A DNA stretch of 64,000 nucleotides from Eledone cirrhosa (Eukaryota), in the NCBI GenBank assembly GCA_964016885.1, contig OZ024757.1, forward strand, positions 32,054,001-32,118,000, read 5' to 3'. The first letter of the stretch is position 1; each line of letters opens with the position of its first letter. The position numbers were made by a program, and so were the translations under genes. Positions 28,320 to 53,267 of this stretch are shown in pieces. The notes under the pieces are model-generated. The model saw nothing but the letters and a program-made list of their open reading frames with translations. It did not search any database and was not told where the DNA came from.

Positions 28320-28702
28320 TGGTACGTATGTATGTAAGTATATATGTATGTACGTGCGTATGTACGTATGTATGTACGTATGTATGTACGTATGTACGTA
28401 TGTATGTATGTATGTACGTACGTATGTATGTACGTATGTATGTACGTATGTATGTATGTACGTATGTATGTACGTACGTATGTATGTACGTATGTATGTA
28501 CGTATGTACGTACGTATGTATGTATGTACGTATGTACGTATGTATGTATGTATGTATGTATGTACGTATGTACGTATGTATGTATGTATGTATGTATGTA
28601 CGTATGTATGTACGTATGTATGTACGTATGTATGTACGTATGTATGTACGTACGTATGTATGTATGTACGTATGTATGTATGTACGTATGTATGTACGTA
28701 TG
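28320..28702. repeat. (TATG/TACG)n tetranucleotide repeat
   Basis: Direct reading. Confidence 0.95.
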
Positions 28703-28854
28703 AATATATACATGTGAGTGTGTCTATATATATATATTTCCATACGTATATATTTATACATGTACATATACACACACTTATATATACAAATACATACACA
28801 TTCATACATTTTCTCTGCGATTAAACTTAACCATAGGGCAGAATACGCTTACAG

Positions 28855-36440
<7,586 letters not shown>

Positions 36441-36478
36441 ACATATCTGCACTACGGTTAAGTTTAAACATATATATT

Positions 36479-36575
36479 CAGACTCTTTTCCTACTATATC
36501 AAGCGTTAAATTAAGATATCACTCCATTTTACCGTATCGTCTGGTCTATTGGTTTTCGTTTCTGTTTCGCTTTTT
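36479..36575 (+). mobile_element. Post-cleavage-site fragment related to the 11443 ribozyme element
   Basis: CAGACTCTTTTCCTACTATATCAAGCGTTAA resembles AAGACCCTCTTCCTGCTATATCAAGCGTTAA starting at 11475. Confidence 0.55.
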
Positions 36576-36621
36576 ATATATACATACATATATATATTTA
36601 TATATATATATATATACATCT

Positions 36622-36662
<41 letters not shown>

Positions 36663-36682
36663 GTGTAATGTAGGAAAGTATA

Positions 36683-37378
36683 TGGGAACTTCTCTATGCT
36701 GATGATCTGGTTCTTATAGCAGAATCAGTAGAGGAGCTAGAGAATATATTCTGGCTATGAAAACAGAATCAAGAGGACTGAGAGTGAACAAAGCTAAGAC
36801 AAAAGTGTTGATAAGTAGAAGAGAGGACAATACTCTGATTCCATAGGGAAATGGCCATGTTCGATATGTAGGAAAGGAACTGGCATAAATTCCATAAAAT
36901 GTACACAATGCAGATCTTGGGTACACAAGAGATGTAGTGGGATAGCAGGCAAACAGGTAGGGAAAACTACGTATGCAGAAGATAAAAAAAAATGGCAGTA
37001 GTAATCACATTTTTCCAATGCAGGTGGGTGCTATAGAAGTGGTTGATAGCTTCCAGTACCTAGGTGACCAGATTAGCATGGGCGGGAGGGGGAGTGGGTT
37101 CCGAGGCCATAGTATCTAGAATAAGGACGGGTTGGAAGAAGTTTAGGGAGCTGCTTCCTCTGTTGACAAAGTGCCAAGAAATCCCAGTAGAAGGAAGACG
37201 CAGTAGAAGTAGACCACGAAAAACATGGGCGGAGGTGGTGAGAGCAGACTTCAGATCGCTGAAACTCACCGAGGAGATGGCGAAGGACCGTGACAAGTGG
37301 AGAGATGCTGTGCTGAATAGGACCCGTCCAACCTTTGCAACCGGGGAAAAGCGAACTTAAAATGATGATGATGATGAT
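36683..37378 (+). mobile_element. Degenerate RTE-clade LINE 3' fragment with (ATG)n tail
   Basis: WELLYADDLVLIAES (RT motif), GLRVNKAKTKVL, Cys-rich KWPCSICRKG..SIKCTQCRSWVHKRCSG, FQYLGD, RIRTGWKKFRELLPLLT, RPRKTW; stops and deletions. Confidence 0.92.
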
Positions 37379-37504
37379 ATATATATGAGAGAGAGGGGGG
37401 GGGGTAACACGCACATATATGAACATATATGCTTAGTTGTTTGACATTTGAACTAACCATTCTTCCATTTATTCATTCTTTCTATGTTCTCATTCTCTTT
37501 GCAG

Positions 37505-37923
37505 TGCTTCAGGTGTCATTGAAGAACACTCTAGACGTTGCCGAACACCAAGAAATAGGAGAAGCCCTGTCGGAACTTAGCAAAGAAGGGGTACTTATCA
37601 TAGGATCAGGTTTTATGACCCACTCTTTCGAAAAAATGGGACAGTCACATAAATGTAACATATTCCAATGGGCCTCCGATTTACAGAAATGGGTCAGGGA
37701 TGTTTTCTGTAACCCTCGTCTAACCCCCATGGAACGGAAAGGACGCATGGTTGAATGTGAGAGCCTGCCGTTCTTCAAGAAAGCTCACCCACGCCTTGAA
37801 CATTTCCTACCGCTGGTCCTCGCTTCAGCTGTAGCTGGCTATCCACCGGGTCAACCAATATTCTCGTTCTTCGTCTCACCTAGTCTACTGATGGAACACA
37901 TTATTTTTAAGCCAATAGTGTAG
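37505..37923 (+). CDS. Terminal coding exon of a LigB-family / 4,5-DOPA extradiol dioxygenase-like (DODA/YgiD-like) gene
   Basis: Polypyrimidine tract plus TTTGCAG acceptor (phase 1); (V)LQVSL...H.EIGEALS.L..EGVLIIGSGFMTH...AHPRLEHFLPL, the C-terminal motifs of the DODA family; TAG at 37921-37923. Confidence 0.88.
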
Positions 37924-38102
37924 AACAGTCGCAGTAGCGACAGCAGCACCACCACCGACACCAAAATAACAACAATAACAACAGTAACAACACAAATAAC
38001 AGCAATAGAAGCAATGACAAAACAGCAAAAACAACGACAAGGATGACGATGGTAACGGCAACAACAACAACAATAGCAACAACGATAATAGCAATGACAC
38101 TG

Positions 38103-38876
38103 GTTTCTGATTTAGGCACAAGGACAACAAATTTTAGGGGAAGCGGAAAGTCGATTAAATCGATCCCAGTGCATTACTGGTGCTTTATTTTATCGACCCC
38201 GTACGGATGAAAGGCAAGGTTAACCTCGGCAGGCTTTGAACTCAGACCGTAAAGGTCCATAACTCTATGCTGCAAAGCATGGTGTCTGACGATCTACCGA
38301 TTCCGCCAACTCACCGCCTTTATAATAGCAATGATAATAACACTAATAAATTAGAACAATAACAATAACAATAACAACAATAACAGCAACATTAACGACA
38401 ATAACCACAACAATATGAATAGCAATATTAACAACAGCAATTACCCAGTACATCACTGGTACTTTATTTTATTGACCTCGTAAGGATGAAAGGCAAAGTT
38501 AACCTCGGCGGGATTTGAACTCAGAACGTAAAGGGCCATAACTCTATACCTCAAAGCATGTTGTCCCACGCTCTACCAATACTGCCAATCCGCCACCCTT
38601 ACAATAGCTATAATAATTGTTTCTACTGTTGGCACAAGGCCAGCAATTACCCAGTGCATTACTGGTACTTTATTTTATCGACCCGTAAGGATGAAAGGCA
38701 AAGTTAACCTCGGACTATAATAATTATTTCTACGTTAGGCACAAGGCCAGCAATTACCCAGTACATCACTGGTACTTTATTTTATCGACCCGGTAAGGAT
38801 GAAAGGCAAAGTTAACCTCGGCGGGATTTGAACTCAGACTGTAAAGGGACGTAACTATGCTAGAAAGCATGGCGTC
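38103..38876 (-). mobile_element. Cluster of four SINE family A copies downstream of the dioxygenase stop codon
   Basis: About 38103-38322, 38437-38602, 38615-38714, 38725-38876. Confidence 0.85.
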
Positions 38877-39029
38877 ATAACTTCAATCATAAGGATAGGA
38901 CCTAACTAGTGAACCTCTACATGGTAGCTCGCCCTGCGAGAAATGACACCCTCAAATCTTCATCAAACCACACCATACCTTCTTCTAAACTTCTTCTTCG
39001 CCCACTTATTCCTGAGAGGGTCGTGTAAT

Positions 39030-39062
39030 TATGACAATGATAATGATGATGATGAGGGCAAA

Positions 39063-39094
<32 letters not shown>

Positions 39095-39655
39095 CGATGA
39101 CGATATGTAAAGATGCTGATAATGATGATGATTGTGTGTAAGTATGATGATAAATATGATAATGATGATGATGATGATGATGTTTCTTTCTTAGTATTGT
39201 GATGCTGATGACTGACGATAATAATGAGGGTGATAAATACGATGATGCTGAGGGTGATGGTGAAGATGCTGCTGCTGATGATGATGATGATGATGACTAT
39301 GACGATAATAATGAGGGTGATAAATACGATGATGCTGAGGGTGATGGTGAAGATGCTGCTGCTGATGATGATGATGATGATGACTATGACGAACGATGGT
39401 GACGACGATGAGGGTGATAAGTGTGATGATGATGATGATGACGGCGTTAATGATGAGGATTGTGTGTGTTTATGATGATGATGACGATAACGACTACGAT
39501 AATGATGATGATGATGATGGTTATGACGACGACCATGACGACGACCATGACGATGACGATGATGACGATGACGACGACGACGACCATGACTATGACCATG
39601 ATGATGACCACGATGACCATGATGATGATGATGATGATCATCATCATCATCATGG
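39030..39655. repeat. (GAT/GAC)n repeats including an 87-bp tandem duplication (39214/39301)
   Basis: Direct reading. Confidence 0.9.
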
Positions 39656-39773
39656 TGGGTAATTAAGATGTCTATTACGGGGACAACGATGGCGGGCAGT
39701 CATATTGATTTTTTTTTTTGCTGTTGTTGATTTTTTTTTTAATTTTATTTTCTAATGAATTTTCTTTCTGATC

Positions 39774-39779
39774 AATAAA
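39774..39779 (+). promoter_or_regulatory. Candidate poly(A) signal of the dioxygenase gene
   Basis: AATAAA in unique sequence between T-rich flanks, ~1.85 kb after the stop. Confidence 0.3.
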
Positions 39780-39892
39780 GCTATAACTCACAATTTATCT
39801 TGAAGACTTTTTTTAAAAAATTTTTCTTTCTCTCTTCGTTGTTAGAACATCGTCTTGATGGTATGTCTGTTGGGAGAGGAGTTTACTTAGAA

Positions 39893-40750
39893 CTACAACA
39901 ACGACAACGACAACGACTGTGTCAATAACATCACCAGTAATAAGGACAACGTCGACAGCAACAACAACAACAACAGTGACAGTGACAACAACAAAGACAA
40001 CATTGTCAACAAAATCACTAGTAATAATGACAACGTTGATAGCAACAACAGTGACAGCAACAACATTGTCAAGAACATCACCAGTAATAATGACAACGTC
40101 GACAGCAACAACAACAGTGACAGTGACAACAACAACGACAACATTGTCAACAAAATCACTAGTAATAATGACAACGTTGACAACAACAACAGTGACAGCA
40201 ACAACATTGTCAAGAACATCACCAGTAATAATGACAACGTCGACAGCAACAACAACAGTGACAGTGACAACAACGACAACATTGTCAACAAAATCACCAG
40301 TAATAATGACAATGTTGACAACAACAACAGTGACAGCAACAACATTGTCAAGATCACCAGTAATAATGACAACGTTGACAACAACAACAGTGACAGCAAC
40401 AACGTTGTCAAGAACATCACCAGTAATAATGACAATGTCGACAACAACAACAGTGACAGCAACAACGTTGTCAAGAACATCACCAGTAATAATGACAATG
40501 TTGACAACAACAATAACAACAACAAGAGGACTAGCAATCACGCCAACAATAACAACTACAGCAATAACGACAACAACAACTGCAATAACGACAACAACAG
40601 CAAAAATGACAACAACAGCAATAACGACGACAACAACAGCAATAACAACAACAATAGAAACAGCAACAATAGCAACAACAACATCAACAACAGCAATAAC
40701 AACAGCAATAATATTAGCAATAACGACAACAACAGCAACAATAATAATAA
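39893..40750. repeat. (ACA)-derived ~57-63-bp minisatellite
   Basis: AACATCACCAGTAATAATGACAACGT..ACAACAACAGTGACAG repeated about 10 times. Confidence 0.9.
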
Positions 40751-40962
40751 GTTTCTGATTTAAGCATAAGACCAACAATTTGAAAGGAGAGGAAAGTCGA
40801 TTAAATCGACCCCAGTGCGTTACTGGTACCCTATTTTATCAACCCACGTAAGGACGAAAGGCAAAGCTAACCTCGGCGGCATTTTAACTCAGAACGCAAA
40901 GGGTCGTAACTCTATGCCGCTTAGCATGGTGTCCGACACTCTACCGATTCTGCTAGTCCACC
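40750..40962 (-). mobile_element. SINE family A copy
   Basis: Same core motif. Confidence 0.8.
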
Positions 40963-41171
40963 GGTTTCTTTTATTGGCCACAAGGGCACAAGATTTTGGA
41001 GAAAATAGAAGGGCAAGACCAACATTGACAAGGGTTTATATTAAGTAAAGAAAAGGGGAAAACAGGGGCCAAATATTACCCAGCTGTGCCCATCCCTCTA
41101 TCTTGCACATATACACATATACATTCACATGTACACACATACACGCATATACACATATTCATACACACACA

Positions 41172-41788
41172 TATGGTGGCTGCCAACTCGTTTTCGAGTA
41201 CGGCCACTACTTTATATCCATGTAGGAGAACCCCTACTTGATGCGCTGAACGTGTGTGACTTTTTAGTCCAACCAGCGACTTGAAAACTCTGGTACAAAC
41301 ATTACACTTGTGACAATTACTGACACATAGTGCTGGGCCCATGGTACCATGTGACGACAAGTGCAGAGAGATCTCCAGATATAAAGCAATGCCTGTGCCG
41401 TGAAGCTTTTATAGTGAGCAAAGGCATTGCACAAAGCCAGTCCCACTCTCTTAACCAAGATGATATTTACCAAAAAGAAGAACAAGTCAACATCATATGA
41501 ATACCATCACGGTTGCAGGTGTTATATCAGAGTTTTCTTTCTCCTAGAATTCTGGCTTGACAAAGGCTAAGGGGTCATCTCTCCCGGTGATTTTAGATGG
41601 CCATTGACTCTTAAGAGCTCCTTTGCCGTTTGACAGGTTTTGTTTTTTAGTCCTGCAGGATGTCCAAAGTCACCCTCCTCACCAAGAAACCTTGGTGGGG
41701 TTGCCAGTTTAGTCGCCAGTGACCATACCATGAGACAGGTTGTACTGGGATACATGTACCAGTAGCACCAACTGGTGACTTGACATAT
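41172..41788 (-). mobile_element. Internally deleted RTE derivative, copy 2
   Basis: Collinear with 18078-18688; translates CNVCTRVFKSLVGLKSHTRSAH (C2H2-type finger). Confidence 0.8.
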
Positions 41789-41954
41789 AAGCACACACAC
41801 AAACATCTTTATACATATATGCATATGTAAGTATTTTAGTGTATTAGTGTATATGTATGAATATGTGCATTTGTATATATACAAATGTATATATATGTAC
41901 ATATGTGTGTGTGTGTGTATTACATGTTTACATATATGTGTGTATATATGTGTA

Positions 41955-41999
<45 letters not shown>

Positions 42000-42014
42000 G
42001 TATATATATGTGTA

Positions 42015-42061
<47 letters not shown>

Positions 42062-42545
42062 GTGTATATATATGTGTGTATGTATCTATATATAAATATA
42101 CATTCTAAAATGCTCGGTTAGCATATAAAAAAATATATATATACATGTATATACAGATATATATGTGTGTATATATATATATATATATACACACTCATAT
42201 ATATGTCTATATATATCTATATATCTATCTATCTATATATATGTACATATAAATGTACATATATGTACGTACATATATATGAGTGTATATATATATATAT
42301 ATATATATGTCTGTCTGTGTCTGTGTGTGTGTATGTCTGTGTGTGTGTGTGTGTCTGTGTATATGCAAGATAGACTAAAATAGTGGTAAATCTAATTACA
42401 GATCACATGGTATCTTCCTCTAATTATTTGTTTTATTTAATAATATTCTTATCTGTGTCCCACTTAATGGATATAAATTTGATATAGTCTCCATTGTCAA
42501 ATCTTGTACATATAGACATATATACACTCACACACATATACACTG

Positions 42546-42577
<32 letters not shown>

Positions 42578-42594
42578 TTATACTTACACATATG

Positions 42595-42627
<33 letters not shown>

Positions 42628-42664
42628 ATATACATATATATATATATTTATACTTACACATATG

Positions 42665-42724
<60 letters not shown>

Positions 42725-42909
42725 TATACATATATATATATATATATACATATATATACACATATATATATATATATATACATATATTTACACATATATA
42801 TATATACATATATATACATATATATACATATATATATACATATATATACATATATATATACATATATATATACATATATATATACATATATATATACATA
42901 TATATATAC

Positions 42910-42960
<51 letters not shown>

Positions 42961-42961
42961 C

Positions 42962-43104
<143 letters not shown>

Positions 43105-43223
43105 CATTATATATATATATATATTTATATATGTATGTATATATGTACACGCACCTATATACATATATACATGAGGAATTTATCGATGTCACATTTGCAC
43201 GAAAGAAACACGAGTTGATTTAT

Positions 43224-43274
<51 letters not shown>

Positions 43275-43411
43275 TTATATATATTCACACATATACGCAC
43301 ACACATGCAGATACATATATATATATATATACACATATATATATACTTATATACATTAACATATATTTAGATATTTAGATATATACATTTATATATGCAT
43401 ACATACATTCG

Positions 43412-43444
<33 letters not shown>

Positions 43445-43637
43445 GTATGTATAGTATATCTGGCAATATACTGTATGTTTAAATATGTTATACATACAAT
43501 CTGTATACATCGCTATTTCAGAGCACCAATACTAATATATATATATGTAAATATGAGCGTATGTATATATATATATATGTAAATATGATCGTATGTATGT
43601 ATGTATATATATATATATATGTAAATATGAGCGTATG

Positions 43638-43675
<38 letters not shown>

Positions 43676-44275
43676 AGCTCACACGCACATAGAGATAGAT
43701 ATATTATTGGCATAAATATTTATGTTTACAAAGGAAAGAGAACAAGAACTTAATGTATGACGTAAAATTTATGTTTTTTCATGTGGGAGAGGTAATACAT
43801 AGTTGTTTATTCATTCTGTTGTTGTAAGATGTTTCTTACATATAAACTATCTTTGCGATTGTTCAGACAATATATCGAGTGAATACATAGAGCTTTAGGA
43901 AGTTGCTGGCTTTAGAAGTTTCTATTCGTAATCTCTTTAATCTCATAAAAACAGAATCTGAAAGGAAAAAAAATATTGAATGAATAAATCTATGTCCAAC
44001 AAACGCTTGGCAGGACGACTCTCATTGGTCGAAGGTCACGTGATCGAATGTACCTCCAGGTAGAAGGTGACTGAACTACTACGGTGTCAAAGAAGAGTAT
44101 ACCCAGTTTATCGCTTAGTGGTCATGAAAACTGAAAACAACTAAGAGACATGTTTAATCCCATTGCCATGAATTTATGACGGTAAGTCTGACCTACAGTT
44201 AATTTCTTTGATATGTTGGTGAGATGGGAAGGTGTTTTAGGGGAACAAACAAACTAGAAGTTTACACTGCGTTAA

Positions 44276-44496
44276 CGCTTTACCATTTACAATACTCTAT
44301 ATTTACTATTGTATTTTCATAGTAAAGGCTTTATCTCACATAATTATTTCACATAATATTGAATCTATGAGATTTTGATATTATTTATTTTGAGAACAAT
44401 ACCTTAATATCGATATGAGTGGCCAGTTACGGCCAGTTTGAACAGAAAGAGGTGAGAGAATTATGGCCGGATACAGCCGCTTTAAATGCTAAAGGG
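44276..44496. mobile_element. piggyBac-type MITE
   Basis: TTAA at 44272-44275 and 44497-44500; ends CGCTTTACCATTTA / TAAATGCTAAAGGG. Confidence 0.65.
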
Positions 44497-44504
44497 TTAA
44501 CGGT

Positions 44505-44760
44505 TCAGCTATCAGAAAATAGCTGATACTTCAGCAACGTTCGATGTTGAACTTGTCGGGCAATGAAGCCTGGATCTATTGCCAATTTCACCAGCCTGCC
44601 GCTGGGAAAAGCGTTGTTGCATGTCGCATCCCATATGAGGGGTCTTCCAACATGGAACAGGAAGATTGTGATGCCATCTGGCCTTTTACCACTCACTCGG
44701 TCTAACCCCACCACAAACCTGTCAATTCTCACCGTCCGACGGGGAGATCTCCGACCCACT
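44505..44760 (-). mobile_element. Relic restriction-like endonuclease domain of an RLE non-LTR retrotransposon (CRE-like)
   Basis: GLDRVSGKRPDGITIF.F..GRPLIWDATC matches the KRPDG..G..L.WD.T motif. Confidence 0.7.
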
Positions 44761-44929
44761 TGGAGTGGCTGAGAAATGTCTTTCACAAGAAAATGGGTAT
44801 CTCCATTTAGCCTCATTTCTCCCATTTTGGAGCCCCTTTTTTTCATGGTGCTCTCCCTTTGGGTTTTCAGAAGTTGGCAGGTCTGGTACCGATTCCAATT
44901 CGTCTGATAATTCACAAACATTTCAATAA

Positions 44930-45735
44930 TGGTTTATGATTTAGGCACAAGGCCAATAATTTTTGGGGAGGGGAAAGTCGATTAAGTCGACCCAGTGCGT
45001 GAATGGTACTTTATTTTATCGACCCCGTAAGGATGGAAGGCAAAAGTTAACGTCGGCAGGATTTGAAATCAGATCACAAAGGGTCGTAACTCTATGCTGC
45101 AAAGGATGGAAGGCAAACCTGCTACCGCCACTGCCAGTCCACCGCTCTTTATCCACCTGAATAATAATAATAATAGTAATTTCTACTTTAGGCACAAGGA
45201 CACCAATGTGGGGGAGGGAAAAGTCGATTAAATCAGCCCTAGTACTTACTGGTACTTCAATCGAACAAGGATTAAAGACAAAGCTAACCTCAGCAGTGTG
45301 ATACATCTAACGATGTGTATTGGATGTTATTCATTTTGTTGTGTTATTATTATTTGGCTGTATCGGTAGAGGTTCGGACGCCATGCTTTGCAACATAGCG
45401 TTACGGCCCTTTAGGATCTGAATTCAAATCCCGCCGAGGTTAACTTTGCCTTTCATCCTTACGGAGTCGATAACATACAGTACCAGTAATGAACTGGGGG
45501 TAATTACTGGCCTTGTGCCAAAAGTAGAAACCATTATATTATTATTACTCTGGGGTAGATTTAATCAAGTCCCCCCCCCCTCCCCCCCTCCAAAAAAAAA
45601 ATTATGCCTACATTAGAAATCATTATTATTATCATTATTATTAATCCCGCCGAGGTTAACTTACGGGGTCGAAAAATAAAGTACCAGTAATACACTGGGA
45701 TAATTGCTGGCCTAGTGCCAAAAGTAGAAACAATT
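44930..45735. mobile_element. SINE family A cluster in both orientations
   Basis: Minus copies about 44930-45148 and 45178-45295; plus copies about 45353-45532 and 45643-45735. Confidence 0.8.
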
Positions 45736-45914
45736 ATTATTATTATTATTGTTGTTGCTGTTGTTGACGTTGATAATGACGTAACTGCTGATGTTGATGT
45801 TTTTGCGGGAGTTCCAAGAGTTAATTTCACGGTAGTTGGATTTCAAGTCAAATTACTCTTCTCTCTCTACCTCTCTCTCTCTTTCTCTCTCCCCCTCTCT
45901 CCCTCTCTCTCTCT

Positions 45915-49350
<3,436 letters not shown>

Positions 49351-49531
49351 TTATGTATGTATAATGCATACAAAAAATATGGGACATTTCCTCTCGTACG
49401 TGAATATTCGATATAATCAATAGGACAATTATTGCTAATTAATAATCTTCATTCCGCACAGAATTAACTTAACGCCAACATATATACATATGTAAATATA
49501 TATATACATATACACTGATATATATATATAC

Positions 49532-49586
<55 letters not shown>

Positions 49587-49692
49587 TTTATATATATGTG
49601 TATGTGCATATATATATATATATATATATATTAGGAAAATAAATCGAAAATGCAACTGATATATATGTATGTATGTACGATGATATATTTGC

Positions 49693-49739
<47 letters not shown>

Positions 49740-50035
49740 CACTCACATATATAGAATGATTATAAAACATTTCTTTTGATATCTGAATACCCAATCTAAT
49801 CAATAATAATTTTATTGTTAATTATTAATCCCCCAATCTTCACTTCACACGAGTTTTACTCCTTCCTAGACCGGAACCCATCATTCGTATTTTACCTTCT
49901 TAAAGATTTATTCTATTCATACCTTCATTTATTTCCTTCATCCCTGGCTTTTTATACTTTTTGCGGTGACAATGAATGTGTGTATATATACATGAATATA
50001 TGGATTATGTACACGTATATATATATATATATATA

Positions 50036-50358
<323 letters not shown>

Positions 50359-50439
50359 ATATATATATATATATATAAACTATATATATATATATATATA
50401 TAAACTATATATATATCTATATATATATATATATATATA

Positions 50440-50484
<45 letters not shown>

Positions 50485-50519
50485 ATATATATATATATAG
50501 TTATATATATATATATATA

Positions 50520-50586
<67 letters not shown>

Positions 50587-50634
50587 AAACTATATATATA
50601 TATATATAGTTATATATATATATAGTTATATATA

Positions 50635-50670
<36 letters not shown>

Positions 50671-50751
50671 TATATATATATATATATAAACTATATATAT
50701 ATATATATAGTTATATATATATATATATATAGTTATATATATATATATATA

Positions 50752-50814
<63 letters not shown>

Positions 50815-50920
50815 GTCGTATGGTTGCAATAAATGTGTCCGTAGGCCGTATGCCGTTTGGGCACTCGATGCTCGCGCAGAGCAGAGTATATTATTTGATG
50901 CATCACTGATTCCTCGTTAT

Positions 50921-50952
<32 letters not shown>

Positions 50953-51039
50953 GATATAGATATATATGAGCCGGATGCCTGGAAAACATTTGTAACCGGG
51001 TTGAGCATTAAATCTCATATGTAACACCGCCACTGTGTT

Positions 51040-51087
<48 letters not shown>

Positions 51088-51211
51088 ACGACGTAGACCA
51101 ATGCTTCTGAGCATTATATATATATTCATATATATATTCATATATTTATTCAGATATATATATATTCATATATAATATAAGATCAAAAGATGGTTAAAAG
51201 AGTTCCATGTA

Positions 51212-51278
51212 TTTTATTATGCGCATTTCAAAAACAAACATCATCATGCAATAATATTTGTGTTTTCATCAGATAAAA
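51212..51278 (-). ncRNA. Type I hammerhead ribozyme (mirror copy)
   Basis: Reverse complement of 51348-51414. Confidence 0.8.
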
Positions 51279-51347
51279 CAGGAGAAATGTTGATTTAAAA
51301 CTGCACTATCCACAAGTGTTTTTTAGCCTTCATATCATGTTCTCCTC

Positions 51348-51414
51348 TTTTATCTGATGAAAACACAAATATTATTGCATGATGATGTTTGTTTTTGAAA
51401 TGCGCATAATAAAA
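51348..51414 (+). ncRNA. Type I hammerhead ribozyme
   Basis: TTTTAT-CTGATGA-AAACACAAATATTATT..ATGATGTTTGTTTTT-GAA-ATGCGCAT-A/ATAAAA. Confidence 0.8.
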
Positions 51415-51611
51415 TACATGGAACTCCTTTAACCATCTTTTGATCTTATATTATGTATACTCCAATCCTACAAACTGTAGAGTGCTTCTTATCCGATATC
51501 TGCATTGCTTTATTGTACTACAATAAAACTCACCTCCTACATTATATTCATATATATATATATATATCAATGAAATTAATAAATGGAAACTATATTTATA
51601 AAAACATATTT

Positions 51612-51672
51612 ATTCTATTATATATATATTTCAAGGCTACCAAAACTTTGGTACGCGGTCATCAGATAAAAT
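51612..51672 (-). ncRNA. Type I hammerhead ribozyme (helix II base degenerate)
   Basis: ATTTTAT-CTGATGA-ccGCgTACCAA(AGTT)TTGGTAGCctt-GAA-ATATATATAT-A/ATAGAAT. Confidence 0.7.
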
Positions 51673-51965
51673 GCAAAGTTTGTTTTATAAATATTGACAT
51701 AGCCAGGAAGGAGATCTTAGCTGTTCAAGTTAATCTTGTCGAGTGCTTTGAATCAGTTATAAATATATATATTTGTTGAATTACCAACAATTTAAATATC
51801 ACTTTTGCTTATATATATATATATATATATATATACATACATATATACATACATACAGGCATATATTTTTTATATAAACACATATATATATAAATACACT
51901 CATCCACACGCACGAACATACACACACACACGCACTCACACTCGCACTCGCACACGCACACACGC

Positions 51966-52001
<36 letters not shown>

Positions 52002-52588
52002 GTATATATTATTTCCATTTATTCTTTACAAGTTATAAGTTTAAATGTGTAGTTTAATGGATATTTGAAGAAGTTGCACGTATTGTTTTCTTGGTGGCAA
52101 ATAAAATGGTGCCAGAGGTGAAATTTTCAACGGAAACAAATGATGCAGATAGCAAAATAAATCTAATTTGCTAGACGAGCTGTGTTTAAAGAAATTGCTC
52201 TTCGAATATCGACAAATGGCTCGCTTAGCAATGTGAGCTGTTAGTGTTAGTCTTGTGTTCTGTGTGCTACAGAGATGTAATTGATGTCTTACCTTAGCCA
52301 GTGTGTGTTAGGCGATCTCTCTCTGTCTCTTTCTCTCTCTGCTGTGTGTGTGTGTGTGTATTAGGCTGTCTCTGTGTCTCTATCTCTTTCTCTCTCTCTT
52401 TCTCTCTTCTTCTCTCTCTCTCTCACTCATTCTTTCTCTCTCTCTCTCACTCTTTCTCTCTCTATCTCTACCCCCCTCTCTCTCTGTATGCGTGAGTTTG
52501 TGTGTGTGTGGATATATCTCTGTTTCCCCCTATCATTGTATTGTCTATCGGTCTTTCTGTCTTTCAAATCAATCACTACGTCATGTGA

Positions 52589-52631
<43 letters not shown>

Positions 52632-52903
52632 CATTTATATATATATATATATATATATATACATTTATATATTATATATATATATATATATACATTTATA
52701 TATTATATATATATATATATATACATTTATATATTATATATATATATACATTTATATATAATATATATATATATATATACATTTATATATAATATATATA
52801 TATATATATACATTTATATATAATATATATATATATATATACATTTATATATAATATATATATATATATATACATTTATATATAATATATATATATATAC
52901 ATT

Positions 52904-52934
<31 letters not shown>

Positions 52935-53267
52935 CATTTATATATAACATATATATATCTCTCTATTTATCTATCCGTCTATCTATTTATCTGTCTACCC
53001 CCTCTCTCTCACACACTCTTCCTCTGTCTACCTAACTATCGATCTAACTATCAATCAGTCTGCCTGTCAGTCTGTCTGTCAAATAAGAAACTATAAACAT
53101 CATTTACCCCAAAATCTTTGACACTAATGTCTGGCCAATTTGCCTTAATTATCGTTATTTTATTAACATCAATTAGTTGTTTGTGTTCATCGATTTCATT
53201 GATTGTTCCTTCTCTCCTTGAACTTTGTGTCGGTTTCAGAAATTATTATTATTATAGGGTCAGGAAC

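Larger units (their letters stand above)
51172..51454. repeat. Fold-back palindrome, ~115-bp arms (51172-51286 / 51340-51454)
   Basis: Near-perfect reverse complement arms with a 53-bp spacer. Confidence 0.95.

Noticed and set aside
37429-37504. ATG-initiated N-terminal extension of the dioxygenase ORF
   Set aside because: Corresponds to the intronic polypyrimidine tract; family similarity begins after the AG at 37504
39813-40778. Thr-rich mucin-like 279-aa ORF and antisense Val-rich ORF
   Set aside because: Derived from (ACA)n-based repeats open in several frames; no splice or signal-peptide support
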